Source: an uncultured Thermoleophilaceae bacterium
GTDB taxonomy: Bacteria > Actinomycetota > Thermoleophilia > Solirubrobacterales > Thermoleophilaceae
Assembly (NCBI GenBank): GCA_963827065.1
Contig: CAWGZM010000007.1
Coordinates: forward strand, 182,066-246,065
DNA: 64,000 nucleotides
Direction of reading: 5' to 3'
Below, one piece after another: positions 51,092 through 62,863 of the stretch. How positions within the stretch are numbered: the stretch's first letter is position 1; each line of letters starts with the position of its first letter. A model generated the notes under the pieces. It searched no databases. It saw nothing but the letters and a program-made list of their open reading frames with translations, and was not told the DNA's origin. Both the position numbers and the translations under genes were made by a program.

Positions 51092-52089
51092 GCATTCAGG
51101 GCCGCGAGCTGCTCACGGACCTGCTCGCGCAGCCGCTCGACGAGCTCCGGGTACGGCACGGCGGTGGAGAATCCGGCGGCCTGCGGGTGGCCGCCGCCGC
51201 CGAAGCCGCGGGCGACCCGCGACACGTCGACGCTGCCGTCGGTGGCGCGCAGGCTCACCTTGCGCAAGCCCTCACGGTCCTCGGCCAAGAGCTCGCGCAC
51301 CAGCACCGCCACGCGCGTGCCCTCGACGGCGCGCATGTGGTCGACGACGCCCTCCGAGTCGGTCTCGAGCGCCCCGGTGGCCTCGTAGTCCTGTTTCGTC
51401 AGGTGGGCGATCGTGATCACGCCGTCGTCGTGGCGCTCGACGCTCGCGAGCGCGCGCTGCAGCAGCTGCAGGCGCCGGAACGGAAGGTCCTCCCACAGCC
51501 GCCGGTAGACCTGGTGCGGCTGCACGCCGGCCTCGATCAGCTCGGCGGCCATGCGGTGGGCGTCGGGCGAGGTGTTCTCGTACATGAAGCGGCCGGTGTC
51601 GGTGACGAGCCCTACGTAGAGCGCGTCGGCGATGCCGGGCGTGATCACGACGTCGAGTTCCTTCGACAGCCGCCAGACGATCTCCGCGGTGCAGGAGGCC
51701 TGCGGGCACACCAGGTTCACCGTGCCGAAGCGGGTGTTGTCGTGGTGGTGGTCGATGTTGAGGATGTGGAGCCCGTCCTCCTGCAGGAAGTCGACCGGCA
51801 TGCGGTCGATGTTTCCGCAGTCGAGGAAGACGATCGTCCGCTCAGCGACGTCCGCGGGCGACGCGCCGACGAGCCCCTCGAACGAGAAGCCGCGGTACTC
51901 CCAGGGCAGCGGGAACTCGTCGGGCGACATGTACATGAGCGAGTCCTTGCCGAGCTGCTCGAGCAGCCGGTGCATGGCGAGCAACGAGCCGAGGGCGTCG
52001 CCGTCGGGGTTCTCGTGGGTGGTGAGGAGGAGCTTGTCGGCCTGGCGCAGCTCTTGGAGCACCTGTTCCTGCTCGGTGACGACCGTCAT
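51088..52089 (-). CDS. nrnA: DHH-family phosphoesterase (NrnA-like bifunctional oligoribonuclease / pAp phosphatase)
   Basis: HENPDGDALGS, DCG, IDHH and the DHHA1 GGGHPQAAG. The ATG at 52089 lies in an ATGA overlap with rbfA. Confidence 0.8.
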   Translation of the reverse strand: MTVVTEQEQVLQELRQADKLLLTTHENPDGDALGSLLAMHRLLEQLGKDSLMYMSPDEFPLPWEYRGFSFEGLVGASPADVAERTIVFLDCGNIDRMPVDFLQEDGLHILNIDHHHDNTRFGTVNLVCPQASCTAEIVWRLSKELDVVITPGIADALYVGLVTDTGRFMYENTSPDAHRMAAELIEAGVQPHQVYRRLWEDLPFRRLQLLQRALASVERHDDGVITIAHLTKQDYEATGALETDSEGVVDHMRAVEGTRVAVLVRELLAEDREGLRKVSLRATDGSVDVSRVARGFGGGGHPQAAGFSTAVPYPELVERLREQVREQLAALNA

Positions 52090-52421
52090 GCGTCGTCGTC
52101 CAGCAGCTCGGTGATGCGCATACCTCTGTCTATCGACTCGTCGAAGACGAACTGAAGCGTGGGCGTCCACTTCATCCGCAGCTCACCGGCGACCGCTTGC
52201 TGCAGCACCCCGTGTGCCGACTCGAGCCCCTCCAGCGTGGCGGCGCGCTCCTCCTCGGAGCCGAGCACGCTCACGTATACGCGCGCGTGGCGCAGGTCGG
52301 GGCTTGTCTCAACGCCGGTCACGGTGACGAATCCTATGCGTGGGTCCCGAAGGCCTTCGGCGATCCTTGCCGAGACGACCTCACGGACCGCCTCATTGAC
52401 CCGGCGCATGCGGTCGGCCAT
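52086..52421 (-). CDS. rbfA: Ribosome-binding factor A
   Basis: RMRRVNEAVREVVS..I....DPRIGFVTVTGVETSPDLRHARVYVSV. Confidence 0.9.
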   Translation of the reverse strand: MADRMRRVNEAVREVVSARIAEGLRDPRIGFVTVTGVETSPDLRHARVYVSVLGSEEERAATLEGLESAHGVLQQAVAGELRMKWTPTLQFVFDESIDRGMRITELLDDDA

Positions 52422-52426
52422 GGTGG

Positions 52427-52732
52427 CTACCGCTCCCTCAGGTCTTGGGCGGACACAACAAGGCTTTCCACTGCGGCCTGTTCAGGAAACATGGAATCAA
52501 CAAATCGGGTGATTCCGTCCGCGCGCTCGCGTGCGCCACGAGCGTCGCGCGCTACGACGGCGGCGGTCAGCGTCGCCCGCTGCCAGAGGTCGTGGTGGTC
52601 GGTCTCGGCCACCGTGGCGCCGAAACGGCGCTGCAGCTGGCCCTTCAGCGAGCTCAGTTCCCTGCGCTTGCCCTTGAGGCTTGCGTTGTCTGGGAAGTGG
52701 AGGTCGATCTCGATCAGGCAGACGAAGCTCAA
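52427..52732 (-). CDS. DUF503 domain-containing protein (YlxP-like)
   Basis: IEIDLHFPDNASLKGKRRELSSLKGQLQRRF...AETDHHDLWQRATL, in the conserved position between infB and rbfA. Confidence 0.75.
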   Translation of the reverse strand: MSFVCLIEIDLHFPDNASLKGKRRELSSLKGQLQRRFGATVAETDHHDLWQRATLTAAVVARDARGARERADGITRFVDSMFPEQAAVESLVVSAQDLRER

Positions 52733-52736
52733 AGGC

Positions 52737-55385
52737 TCATGACAGCGTCTGCTCGACCCGCCTTGTTTCGAAGACCTCGATCACATCCCCCTCCTTGGGG
52801 TCGGGGTAGTTCTCGAGGACGATGCCGCACTCCATCCCCGCCGTGACCTCGCGGACGTCGTCCTTGAAGCGCCGCAGCGATCCGATGCGGCCGGTGTAGA
52901 CCACCGTGCCGTCGCGCACGAGCCTGCACTGAGCGCCACGGCGCACCGTCCCGTCGGTCACGTAGCAGCCGGCGATCGTGCCGACGCGCGAGGCCTTGAA
53001 GGTCGCGCGAACCTCGACGGTCGCCACCTGCTCCTCGACCTCGACGGCCTCGAGCAGGCCCTCCATGGCGTCGCGCAGGTCCTCGACGATCTTGTAGATC
53101 ACCGAGTAGGTGCGGATCTCGACGCCCTCCTGGTCGGCGACCTGCGCGGCGTTGCCGACCGGCCTCACGTTGAAGCCGATGATCACGCCGTCGGACGCCG
53201 AGGCGAGCATCACGTCCGACTCGGCGATGCCGCCGACGCCCTCGCGGATGATGTTCACCTGCACCTGCTCCTGGGGCAGCCGCACGATCTCGTCGGCGAG
53301 CGCCTCGAGCGAGCCCGCGACGTCAGCCTTCAAGACCAGGTTGAGCTCCTGCTCGCCGCGCTCGGCGCGGGCAAGCACGTCCTCGAGCGAAACCCGCCGG
53401 CGCGCCTGACGCGCGAGCGCCTGCTGCTTCATGCGGATCGCGCGCTCGTTTGCGACCCGCTTTGCCTCGCGGTCGTTCTCGACGACCCGGAACTGCTCGC
53501 CGGCGTCGGGAACCCCGTCGAAGCCGAGGATCTCGACCGGCATGCCGGGAGTCGCCTCCTCGAGCCGCTGGCCGCGGAAGTCCTGCATGGCTCGCACACG
53601 GCCCCAGGTCTCGCCGGCGACGACGGAATCGCCGACCTTCATGCGTCCGCGGTGGATGAGGAGCGTGACGACGGCGCCGCGGCCCGGGTCGAGGCGCGAC
53701 TCGATGACGAAGCCCGATGCCGCGGTGTCCGGGTTGGCCTTCAGCTCCTGGATATCGGCGAGCGTGACGAGCGTCTCGAGCAGCTCGTCGAGGTTCTGGT
53801 GCGTCTTTGCAGAGACGTCCACGAACTCGGTGTCGCCGCCCCAGTCGGCGGGCGTGAGGCCCTGCTGGGCGAGCTCGCCGCGCACGCGGTTCGGGTCCGC
53901 CCCCTCCTTGTCGATCTTGTTGACCGCGACCATCACGGGCACGCCGGCGGCCTTCGCGTGATCGATCGCCTCGACCGTCTGCGGCATCACGCCGTCGTCC
54001 GCGGCGACGACGATCACGGCGATGTCGGTGACCTTCGCACCGCGGGCGCGCATGGCGGTGAACGCCTCATGGCCCGGGGTGTCCAGGAAGGTGATCGTGT
54101 GGTCGTCATGGTGGACCTGGTACGCGCCGATGTGCTGGGTGATGCCGCCGGCCTCGCCCGCGGCGACCTCGGTCTCGCGGATCGCGTCGAGCAGCGAAGT
54201 CTTCCCGTGGTCGACGTGGCCCATGATCGTGATCACCGGCGGACGGTCGATCAGATCGTCGGCGGAGTCGGTGTACTCGGGCTCGGGCTCGACTTCCTCC
54301 TCCGCGGAGATGATGTCGACCTTCTTGTCGAAGCCCTCCCCGAGCACCTCGATGGCCTCGTCGGAGAGCGTCTGCGTCAGCGTCGCCATCTCGCCGAGCT
54401 CCATCAGCTTCTTGATCACCTCGGGGGCCGTCAGCTGGAGCGACTCGGCGACCTCCTTGACCGTCGAGCCGGAGCGGACCTGGACGGCCGGATCCTCCTG
54501 CTGCTCGGCCTCGAGCTTCGCCTGCGCCTCCGCCTCGAGGTCCGGCTCGACCCACTGCGGCCGGCGCCGGCGCCCGCGCCCCCGGCGCGGCGGCTGCGAC
54601 TGCTGCGGCGGGCCTGGACGGTCACGCCGGGAAGCCTGCGAGTCGATGACGACGCGCCTGCGCCGGCCGCCGCCACCTCCGGCCGAGCCGCCGCCCTCGC
54701 CTGCCCGGCCGCCGCGGGTCGGCCTGCCGGTGCGGCCGCCGGCACCCTGACGGTCGCCGTCGGCGGGGCCACTGGGGGCACGGCCGCCTCCGGGCGCACC
54801 GCCCGGGGCGCGGCCAGCCCCCTGGCCACGGGTACTGGGGCGCTCGCCGCCGCGGCCTCCGCCGCGCGGGCCGCCCTGGGATGAACGCTGCTCGGGCGGA
54901 GGAGCGTCCTGAAGGATTCTGGGTCCCCGTCCCTCGGGGCCGGCGCGGCGCACCTCGCCTTGAGGGGTCGGTGGGCGCTGGATCGCCGGGCGCTGCGGAC
55001 CGCTGGGCTGGCGGCCGCCACCCTGGGGCCGCTGGCCGCCTCCGCGGCGCTGCTCGCCGTCGCGGGGCGGCCGTCCGCCGGCGTCGGGCCTGCCGGCCGG
55101 GGCCTCGCCGTCCGTGGCGGGGCGCTGCTCGGCCGCCGGCGGCGTGGGCTCGGCGGCGGGCGGCGCTGTTGCCTGAGCCGCGGCGGCCTCGGCGGGGGCG
55201 CTCGGGGCGGCCTCGGCAGGTGCCGCGGCCTGCGCGCCGTTGGCGAAAGCGCGAGCGGCGTCGGATTCCTCGACGCTCGATGAGTGGGACTTCACCTCGA
55301 GGCCCGCCTTCTGCAGGATGGCGACAGCCTCCTTCGAGGTGATCCCTCTCTCCTTCGCTATCTCGTGGACGCGCTTCTTTGCCAT
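52737..55385 (-). CDS. infB: Translation initiation factor IF-2
   Basis: [13 protein letters not shown]-domain, a Pro/Gly/Arg-rich linker, and G domain [20 protein letters not shown] and NKIDK. Confidence 0.95.
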   Translation of the reverse strand: MAKKRVHEIAKERGITSKEAVAILQKAGLEVKSHSSSVEESDAARAFANGAQAAAPAEAAPSAPAEAAAAQATAPPAAEPTPPAAEQRPATDGEAPAGRPDAGGRPPRDGEQRRGGGQRPQGGGRQPSGPQRPAIQRPPTPQGEVRRAGPEGRGPRILQDAPPPEQRSSQGGPRGGGRGGERPSTRGQGAGRAPGGAPGGGRAPSGPADGDRQGAGGRTGRPTRGGRAGEGGGSAGGGGGRRRRVVIDSQASRRDRPGPPQQSQPPRRGRGRRRRPQWVEPDLEAEAQAKLEAEQQEDPAVQVRSGSTVKEVAESLQLTAPEVIKKLMELGEMATLTQTLSDEAIEVLGEGFDKKVDIISAEEEVEPEPEYTDSADDLIDRPPVITIMGHVDHGKTSLLDAIRETEVAAGEAGGITQHIGAYQVHHDDHTITFLDTPGHEAFTAMRARGAKVTDIAVIVVAADDGVMPQTVEAIDHAKAAGVPVMVAVNKIDKEGADPNRVRGELAQQGLTPADWGGDTEFVDVSAKTHQNLDELLETLVTLADIQELKANPDTAASGFVIESRLDPGRGAVVTLLIHRGRMKVGDSVVAGETWGRVRAMQDFRGQRLEEATPGMPVEILGFDGVPDAGEQFRVVENDREAKRVANERAIRMKQQALARQARRRVSLEDVLARAERGEQELNLVLKADVAGSLEALADEIVRLPQEQVQVNIIREGVGGIAESDVMLASASDGVIIGFNVRPVGNAAQVADQEGVEIRTYSVIYKIVEDLRDAMEGLLEAVEVEEQVATVEVRATFKASRVGTIAGCYVTDGTVRRGAQCRLVRDGTVVYTGRIGSLRRFKDDVREVTAGMECGIVLENYPDPKEGDVIEVFETRRVEQTLS

Positions 55386-55561
55386 TCGTGAAGTAAGTCT
55401 ATGGTCTCCGGTTCGACGGTTACGGGCGCCCGCAGCGAGCGTGCGAGCGTGCGCCCTTGGGCGAGACTAGCGGCGCACGCCGGGTTCGAGCAGACGTAGG
55501 CGCCGCGGCCCGGCGCTCGCGCGGCGAGGTCCGGCAGGATCCTTCCGTCCGCAGCACGCAC
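55358..55561 (-). CDS. ylxR: YlxR/RnpM family (DUF448) RNA-binding protein. The minimal ORF starts at the first canonical start codon, but family homology continues upstream to about 55621.
   Basis: DGRILPDL...PGRGAYVC core. The in-frame upstream codons read PQRSCVACRRSFPKRELLRL (the family CxxC/KxELxR motif), but contain no ATG, GTG or TTG. Confidence 0.7.
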   Translation of the reverse strand: MRAADGRILPDLAARAPGRGAYVCSNPACAASLAQGRTLARSLRAPVTVEPETIDLLHEWQRSASTR

Positions 55562-55623
55562 GAGCCTCAGGAGCTCTCGCTTGGGAAACGAGCGCCTGCA
55601 GGCGACGCAGCTGCGCTGCGGCT

Positions 55624-57182
<1,559 letters not shown>

Positions 57183-57186
<4 letters not shown>

Positions 57187-57650
57187 CGCTCCCCCTTACT
57201 CGTCCCTACGCGGCCGGCCGAGCCGGCCGCTTCGGGCAACAGGTTGCTGCGGTTGATGTCCGAGTACGGAATCGACACGACCCCGTCGCCGGCCGCGACG
57301 GTCACCTCGGCGTCGCTCGCGCCGACGAGCTCCCCGGTGAAGCTCTTGTGGCCGTCCCTGGGCTCGCGCAGGCGCACACGCGCGCGTCGGCCGAGGAAGC
57401 GGCGGAAGTGGTCCGGCTTCGTGAGCGGCCGCTCCGGGCCCGGCGAGGAGACCTCGAGGCCGTAGTCGGCAAGCAGCTCACGCAGGTGGTGCGTCACGCG
57501 CTCGCACAGGTCGAGCGACACGCCATCCGGGTGATCTATGAAGAGACGCAGGCGCTCCGACCCGACCTGCTCGCACGCGAGCACCTCGACGTCCGGCTCG
57601 AGGCCGGCGAGGCGCTTCTCGATGTCGATGGTGAGGGGGTCGGTATGCAT
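57183..57650 (-). CDS. rimP: Ribosome maturation factor RimP
   Basis: LRLFIDHPDGVSLDLCERVTHHL...LEVSSPGPERPL....F.RF.G. The junction with nusA is an ATGA overlap. Confidence 0.9.
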
Positions 57651-57671
57651 CTCTGTTCCGTGTTTCGGGCG

Positions 57672-57699
57672 AAAAAAAGGTGGGCTGCGAAGCCCACCT
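57672..57699 (-). terminator. Rho-independent terminator after the aldehyde dehydrogenase gene, just upstream of rimP
   Basis: The minus strand reads AGGTGGGCT-TCGC-AGCCCACCT followed by TTTTTTTC. This is a perfect 9-bp GC-rich stem, a 4-nt loop and a 7-T run, about 80 nt after the stop at 57780. Confidence 0.7.
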
Positions 57700-57779
57700 C
57701 CAGGCGCTGCGCCCGGCGGGCGCGGCGTACGACTGAAAGTCCTAACGGCCGACGAGTATAGCTCGGGGCGGCCGACCTT

Positions 57780-59216
57780 TTAGAGCTGCAGCGACTTCGC
57801 CACGAGGTACTCCTCGAGGCCGTAGCGGCCCATCTCGCGGCCATGGCCCGACTGCTTGTAGCCGCCGAAGGGCGCCAGCGGGTTGAAGGCGCCGCCGTTG
57901 ATCTCGACCTGGCCGGTGCGCATGCGCGCGGCCACCGCCTTCGCGCGCTCCTCGTCGGCCGACCAGACCCCGCCCGCGAGGCCGTAGATCGAGTCGTTCG
58001 CGATCCGCACCGCGTCGTCCTCGTCCTCGTAGGGCATGATCGCGAGCACCGGGCCGAAGATCTCCTCCTGGGCGATCGTCATGTCGCTCGTCACGTCGGA
58101 GAAGACGGTCGGCCGCACGAAGTAGCCCTGCTGGAGGCCCTCCGGCGGCTCGGCACCGCCCGTCACGAGCCGCGCGCCCTCCGCGCGGCCCTTCTCGATG
58201 TAGCCGCGCACGCGCTCGAGCTGCGCGTCCGAGACGAGCGGGCCGAGCATCGTCCCTTCCGTGAAGGGATCGCCCGGAGCGAACGACTCGGCCACGGCCG
58301 CGGCGATCCGCTCGGCCTGCTCCACCTTCTCGCGCGGTACGAGCATGCGCGTGAGCGCGCTGCAGGTCTGGCCCGAGTTCAGGTAGCACTTCGCGACGCC
58401 GTCGGTCACGGCCCGCTCGAGATCGGCGTCGTCGAGGATCACGTTGGCCGACTTGCCGCCGAGCTCGACGGCGACCGGCTTGACGCGCTGGGCGGCCAGC
58501 TCGGAGACGCGCCGACCCGCACGGGTCGAGCCGGTGAACGAGATGAGGTCAGTCTCCGGGTGCGAGACGATCGCCTCTCCAACCACCGGCCCGTAGCCGG
58601 TGACCAGGTTGAAGACGCCGGCGGGCAGCCCCACCTCCTCGCAGATCTCGGCGAGCACGAAGGTGTTGAGCGGCACGACCTCGCTCGGCTTCAGCACCAC
58701 CGTGCAGCCCGCCGTGATAGCGGGCGCGACCTTGTTGGCGATCTGGCTGAGCGGATAGTTCCAGGGCGTTATGGCGGCCACGACGCCCGCGGGCTCGCGC
58801 ACGATCAGCGAGTTGCCGACCTCCTCCTCCCACTCGATCTCCTCGACGAGCTCCGGCTGCGAGGAGAAGGTCGCCGCGGGCAGGCCCACCTGGATCATCC
58901 GCGACAGCGTCAGCGGCATGCCGAGCTCGGCCGTGAACAGCACGGCGAGCTCGTCGGCGCGCTCGTCGAGCTTCGCGCCGATGGCTGCGCTGTAGCGGGC
59001 GCGCTCGTACGGTGAGACGCGCGACCACTCGTCGAAGGCCGCGCGAGCGGCGCGCACCGCGCGGTCGGCGTCCTCGGCGGTCCCCTCGGGGATGGTGCCG
59101 AGCACCTCCTCGGTCGAGGGGTTGAACACGTCGATCGTGCCCTCGCCGGCGGGCTCGACCCACTCGCCTCCGATGTAGAGCCTGTCGCGGACGATTGGTT
59201 CGGTGGCGGTGGCCAT
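57780..59216 (-). CDS. NAD(P)-dependent aldehyde dehydrogenase
   Basis: [14 protein letters not shown], catalytic Glu VELGGKSA and catalytic Cys NSGQTCSA, and the C-terminal [13 protein letters not shown]. Confidence 0.9.
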   Translation of the reverse strand: MATATEPIVRDRLYIGGEWVEPAGEGTIDVFNPSTEEVLGTIPEGTAEDADRAVRAARAAFDEWSRVSPYERARYSAAIGAKLDERADELAVLFTAELGMPLTLSRMIQVGLPAATFSSQPELVEEIEWEEEVGNSLIVREPAGVVAAITPWNYPLSQIANKVAPAITAGCTVVLKPSEVVPLNTFVLAEICEEVGLPAGVFNLVTGYGPVVGEAIVSHPETDLISFTGSTRAGRRVSELAAQRVKPVAVELGGKSANVILDDADLERAVTDGVAKCYLNSGQTCSALTRMLVPREKVEQAERIAAAVAESFAPGDPFTEGTMLGPLVSDAQLERVRGYIEKGRAEGARLVTGGAEPPEGLQQGYFVRPTVFSDVTSDMTIAQEEIFGPVLAIMPYEDEDDAVRIANDSIYGLAGGVWSADEERAKAVAARMRTGQVEINGGAFNPLAPFGGYKQSGHGREMGRYGLEEYLVAKSLQL

Positions 59217-59225
59217 GCGGGTCTC

Positions 59226-61196
59226 CTAGACGGTCGCGGTGGCGGCGGCGGGGCTCGCCGCCAGAATCGCCTCGCTCGTGCGTTGGGCGAGGGCCATGAT
59301 CGTGATCATCGGGTTGGTGCCGGAGGAGGTCGGGAAGGCGCTCGCGTCGCCGATCCAGACCCCCGGCGTGTCGTGCAGCTCTCCCCACGGCCCGGCAACG
59401 CTCGTGCGCGGGTCGCTGCCCATACGGCAGGTTCCCATCTGGTGCGCGGCGAACAGCTTGAAGCCGCCCGCCCGCAACGGCACCCGCTCCAGCCGCTCGA
59501 GGTAGCGGTCGACGTCGTCGCCGACGCGCCACTGGGGCAGGCCGGCCGCGAGCGCCGCGATCTCGCGCGCGCCCGCGGCGACATGCAGGTGCACCTGCGC
59601 CGCCAGCGCGCGGTGGGTGTTCGTCACGTCGACGGGATCGTCGAGCGAGTACCAGGGCACGGCCTGGCCGTCCGCGTCGACCGTCACGCGGCCGCTGCCG
59701 TGGTCGCGCACGAGGCCGATGAAGGTCGCCCCGTAGCGCATCCGCTCCATGAGGCTCTTGTGCGTCTCGCCACCAGCGAACGGCGTGGCCGAGGCGGCCG
59801 TGCCGGGCGCGTACTGAGTCGCCTCGATCAGGAAGCCGTGGCCATCGCCGAGGTTCGCGAACTCGTCGACGAGCCCCGCATGCGGAGCGCCCCACCAGGC
59901 ACGCTGGTCCTCGAGGTGGCTGCCGGTGGTGGCCGTGCAGGGATGGAGTCGCAGGTTCTCTCCGACCGCGGGCCCGCCGATCCCCGAGCGCAGCAGCAGC
60001 GCCGGCGACTCGAGCGCCCCGCCGGCGACGACGACGCGCGGCGCGCGCACTGTGACCCGCGCGCTGCGCCCCGTCTGCGGGTCGCTGTAGACCGCCTCCA
60101 CCCCGGCGGCGCGGCCGCCCTCGACGAGCACGCGCTCGGCGAAACAGCGCACGATCACCTCGGCGCCGGCCGCGAGCGCGTCGGCGAGATAGGTCCTGGC
60201 GGTCGACTGCTTGGCGCCGGTCTGGTCGCCGAAGCCGATGTAGCCGGCCGTCTCGGGCGTGTAGCGCGACTCGTCGACGTTGCGGGTGACCGTCTTGAAG
60301 GACCAGCCGAGGGCCTCGGCGCCGCGCTTCATCGACTCCTGCGTGCCGTTCAGGTGCGAGCAGCGATCGTTCACGCCTAGCCGCTCCCAGACGACGTCCA
60401 GGTGCCGGTCGAACTCCGCCGTGTCGAGTCCCTCGAGGCCGTGCTCGCGCGCCCACTGCTCGCGCACCCATGGCTTCGTGCGCAGGCAGTTCGTCCAGTT
60501 GATCGTCGTGCCGCCGCCGAAGCTCGTGCCGGCGTACAGCGAGACGTTCATGTCCGCGGTCGGATTGGGGCCGCCGCGCCAGTAGAGGTTCTGGTAGGCC
60601 CAGAGCTCGTACTGATTGAAGTCCGACTCGTCGAAGAGGCCGCCCATGTCGAGCAGCAGCACGCGCTGGCCCGCCCGCGCGAGTGCGGCGGCGATCACGC
60701 CGCCGCCGGCCCCGGTTCCGACGATCACCGCGTCCGCCTCGTACGCGGCCTCCTCGCCCTCCGGGACGAGCGGAGTGACCGCCCGTGGGCCGGCCTCCGG
60801 AACGCCGCTCGGTCCCGGATAGCCGAACGTCTGCCAGAAGGCGTTGTGACCGGTCTGGGGATCGGGCAGGCCATAGGAGAGGAAGAGCCCAAGCCCCATC
60901 AGCGCCTGCCCGCCGGCCACGGCCGCCGGCCCAAGCGTGGTCAGGTTGCGCAGCAGCTGCTCACGCGAGCGCCGCGAGGCACCGACGAAGCCCATGCGGG
61001 CGAGGCCGTCGAGCAGCTGCTCGAGGCCCTCGCGCTGCTGCGGCGGCATTCCCGCGATCACCTCGCCGAGCGCCTCGGGCGCACCGACGTCGCTCCCGGA
61101 GCGTGCCCAGAAGCCGTCCGGGTCGTCCGCACGCTCGAGCGCGGGGCAGACCGTGTCGCAGATCGCGCGCATCACCTCGCGCCGGACGTCGCTCAT
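59226..61196 (-). CDS. GMC-family FAD oxidoreductase (long-chain alcohol oxidase-like, with N-terminal extension)
   Basis: ADP-binding VIVGTGAGGGVIAAALARAG, GGGTTINW, the C-terminal active-site region HQMGTCRMG and NPMITIMALA. GGGAGGAG precedes the ATG at 61196. Confidence 0.8.
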   Translation of the reverse strand: MSDVRREVMRAICDTVCPALERADDPDGFWARSGSDVGAPEALGEVIAGMPPQQREGLEQLLDGLARMGFVGASRRSREQLLRNLTTLGPAAVAGGQALMGLGLFLSYGLPDPQTGHNAFWQTFGYPGPSGVPEAGPRAVTPLVPEGEEAAYEADAVIVGTGAGGGVIAAALARAGQRVLLLDMGGLFDESDFNQYELWAYQNLYWRGGPNPTADMNVSLYAGTSFGGGTTINWTNCLRTKPWVREQWAREHGLEGLDTAEFDRHLDVVWERLGVNDRCSHLNGTQESMKRGAEALGWSFKTVTRNVDESRYTPETAGYIGFGDQTGAKQSTARTYLADALAAGAEVIVRCFAERVLVEGGRAAGVEAVYSDPQTGRSARVTVRAPRVVVAGGALESPALLLRSGIGGPAVGENLRLHPCTATTGSHLEDQRAWWGAPHAGLVDEFANLGDGHGFLIEATQYAPGTAASATPFAGGETHKSLMERMRYGATFIGLVRDHGSGRVTVDADGQAVPWYSLDDPVDVTNTHRALAAQVHLHVAAGAREIAALAAGLPQWRVGDDVDRYLERLERVPLRAGGFKLFAAHQMGTCRMGSDPRTSVAGPWGELHDTPGVWIGDASAFPTSSGTNPMITIMALAQRTSEAILAASPAAATATV

Positions 61197-61259
61197 GTGG
61201 GTCGCTCCTCCCTCACCAGCTGGCTTCGGGTCGAGCCTATTGTCGTCCCCAGGCGCGGT

Positions 61260-61272
61260 CAACGTTCCGTTG
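61260..61272. promoter_or_regulatory. Candidate operator in the divergent GMC-oxidase / TetR intergenic region
   Basis: CAACG-TTC-CGTTG inverted repeat (5-bp arms, containing AACGTT) in the 148-bp divergent spacer. This rests on sequence symmetry only. Confidence 0.3.
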
Positions 61273-61344
61273 ATTTTTCTCGTCGCCGCGTCTAGGTTGG
61301 CCACAGATGGACGGCGCGCTCGGCATGACGTCGCTGGGGGGTGT

Positions 61345-61998
61345 GTGACTGTCGAGCGCGTCGCTCCGTCCTCGCCGCGCCGGCGCGGCCCCACGAAGGG
61401 CGATCTCAAGGAGCAGGCGATTCTCGAGACCTGCGAGCGGCTGCTCGGCGAACGGCAGTTGCGCGACATCACGGTCGACGAGCTCGCCGCCGGCGCCGGC
61501 CTCTCGCGGCCGTCCTTCTACTTCTACTTCGAGTCGAAGGACGCCGTCCTGCGCGCGCTCGTCGAGCGCATCGCCGACGAGATGTACAGGGAGTCGGAGC
61601 GCTGGCTCGAGCGCAGCGACGACCGGCCCGCCGAGATCGCCATGCGCTCGTTCGAGGCGAGCGCCAGGCTCTGGCGCGAGCACGGTCCCGTGCTGCGGGC
61701 CGCGAACGAGGCGTGGGGCGACGATCCGGAGATGCGCGCCTTCTGGGAGAACACGATCGGCAGGTTCGTGCGCCAGTCGGCTCGCACCATTCAGGGGGAG
61801 CGCAGCGCCGGCGACGCTCCCGGCGGTCCTGACCCGGAGGCGCTCGCCAAGGCCCTCATCTGGATGAACGAGCGCTGTTTCTACACGACCTCGCTGGGCT
61901 TGGGCCCGGCCCTCTCGGAGGAAGAGCTCGTCCCAACGCTTGCGGCGGTATGGCTGCGGGCGATCTACGGCGACGTCACGCTTCCAGGAGGAGCGTGA
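61345..61998 (+). CDS. TetR/AcrR family transcriptional regulator
   Basis: HTH ITVDELAAGAGLSRPSFYFYFESKDAVL. The start is set to GTG 61345. It is divergent from the oxidase/aldehyde dehydrogenase pair. Confidence 0.8.
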   Translation: MTVERVAPSSPRRRGPTKGDLKEQAILETCERLLGERQLRDITVDELAAGAGLSRPSFYFYFESKDAVLRALVERIADEMYRESERWLERSDDRPAEIAMRSFEASARLWREHGPVLRAANEAWGDDPEMRAFWENTIGRFVRQSARTIQGERSAGDAPGGPDPEALAKALIWMNERCFYTTSLGLGPALSEEELVPTLAAVWLRAIYGDVTLPGGA

Positions 61999-62398
61999 CC
62001 GGCCCTTGGCCTACCAATGAGACCTGCATGCTCGCGCCGAACACGCCACCCGCGGCTCCCAGCGCCGCGCGCACGCGCTCGTAGAGCGGCTCCGCCTCCT
62101 GGGGCGGGGCAGCGTCGACGAAGCTCGGGCGGTTGCCCCTGCGCGCATCGCCGTAGAGCGTGAACTGACTGACGCACAGGATCTCGCCGCCGGCCTGGCC
62201 GACGTCGAGGTTCATCTTCCCCTCCGCGTCCTCGAAGATCCGCAATGCGAGCAGCTTGCGCGCGATCCGATCGGCCTCGTCCGGGCCGTCGCCGCGACGC
62301 ACGCCGAGCAGCACGAGCAGCCCCGGGCCGATGCGAGCGTGCTCCTCGCCGTTTACGTGGACTGCCGCCTCGCTCACGCGCTGGACGAGCGCGCGCAC
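61976..62398 (-). CDS. dtd: D-aminoacyl-tRNA deacylase
   Basis: MRALVQRV....V.V.GE....IG.GLLVLLGV...D, SQFTLYGD..RGNRPSF. The 3' end overlaps the convergent TetR 3' end by 23 nt. Confidence 0.9.
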   Translation of the reverse strand: MRALVQRVSEAAVHVNGEEHARIGPGLLVLLGVRRGDGPDEADRIARKLLALRIFEDAEGKMNLDVGQAGGEILCVSQFTLYGDARRGNRPSFVDAAPPQEAEPLYERVRAALGAAGGVFGASMQVSLVGQGPVTLLLEA

Positions 62399-62776
62399 TC
62401 AGGCGAGTTGCTCGGCGAGCACGCGGGCGTGTGTGGGCGCCGCCTCAGCGTGGCGCTCGCGGCCCGCATCCGTGAGGCACGCGAAGATGCCGCGACGGTC
62501 ATCGGAGCAGATCGCGCGCGTGACCAGCCCCTCCGATTCGAGCCGCCCGATCAGGCGCGAGAGCGCGCTCTGGCTCAGGTGGACGGAGTCCGCCAGCTCC
62601 TGCATGCGGCGCTGGTCCTTGTCTCCGTTCGCCAGCCGATCGAGCACCTCGAACTCGCTGACGCCGAGGCCGTGCTCCGCCTCCAGTGCCTTCTCGAGCG
62701 CGCCGCTGACGCGCGCGTGACTGTCGAGCAGATCGCGCCAGCGCTCAGATACGGAGGCGGCAGTGGTGGCGTTCAC
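62399..62776 (-). CDS. MarR family transcriptional regulator
   Basis: LGVSEFEVLDRLA.....RMQELADSVHLSQSALSRLIGRLESEGLV.R....DDRRG is a winged HTH. The start is set to GTG 62776. The stop abuts the dtd start. Confidence 0.8.
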   Translation of the reverse strand: MNATTAASVSERWRDLLDSHARVSGALEKALEAEHGLGVSEFEVLDRLANGDKDQRRMQELADSVHLSQSALSRLIGRLESEGLVTRAICSDDRRGIFACLTDAGRERHAEAAPTHARVLAEQLA

Positions 62777-62863
62777 GCGATGCCAGAGTAGCGCATGCAG
62801 GCAAAATTTGCGCTTAACAAAAGATGTACAAACATTAGATGCACATGCATGTACTCTTCGGCG
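62777..62863. promoter_or_regulatory. AT-rich divergent MarR / MFS promoter-operator region
   Basis: This is the lowest-GC stretch in the window. It contains a perfect 10-bp palindrome ACATGCATGT (62843-62852), direct ATGTAC copies 26 bp apart (62823, 62849), and GCGCA-N13-TGCGC just upstream. Confidence 0.45.

Noticed and set aside
58549-60471. A 640-aa minus-strand ORF bridging the aldehyde dehydrogenase and GMC oxidase genes. Other long alternative-frame ORFs belong here too (2503-4113, 33957-35507, 515-1666, 1563-3068, 15127-16305, 47053-48009).
   Set aside because: All are Arg/Ala/Gly/Pro-rich with no motifs, and each overlaps a gene with strong family signatures in another frame. These are high-GC frame artefacts.
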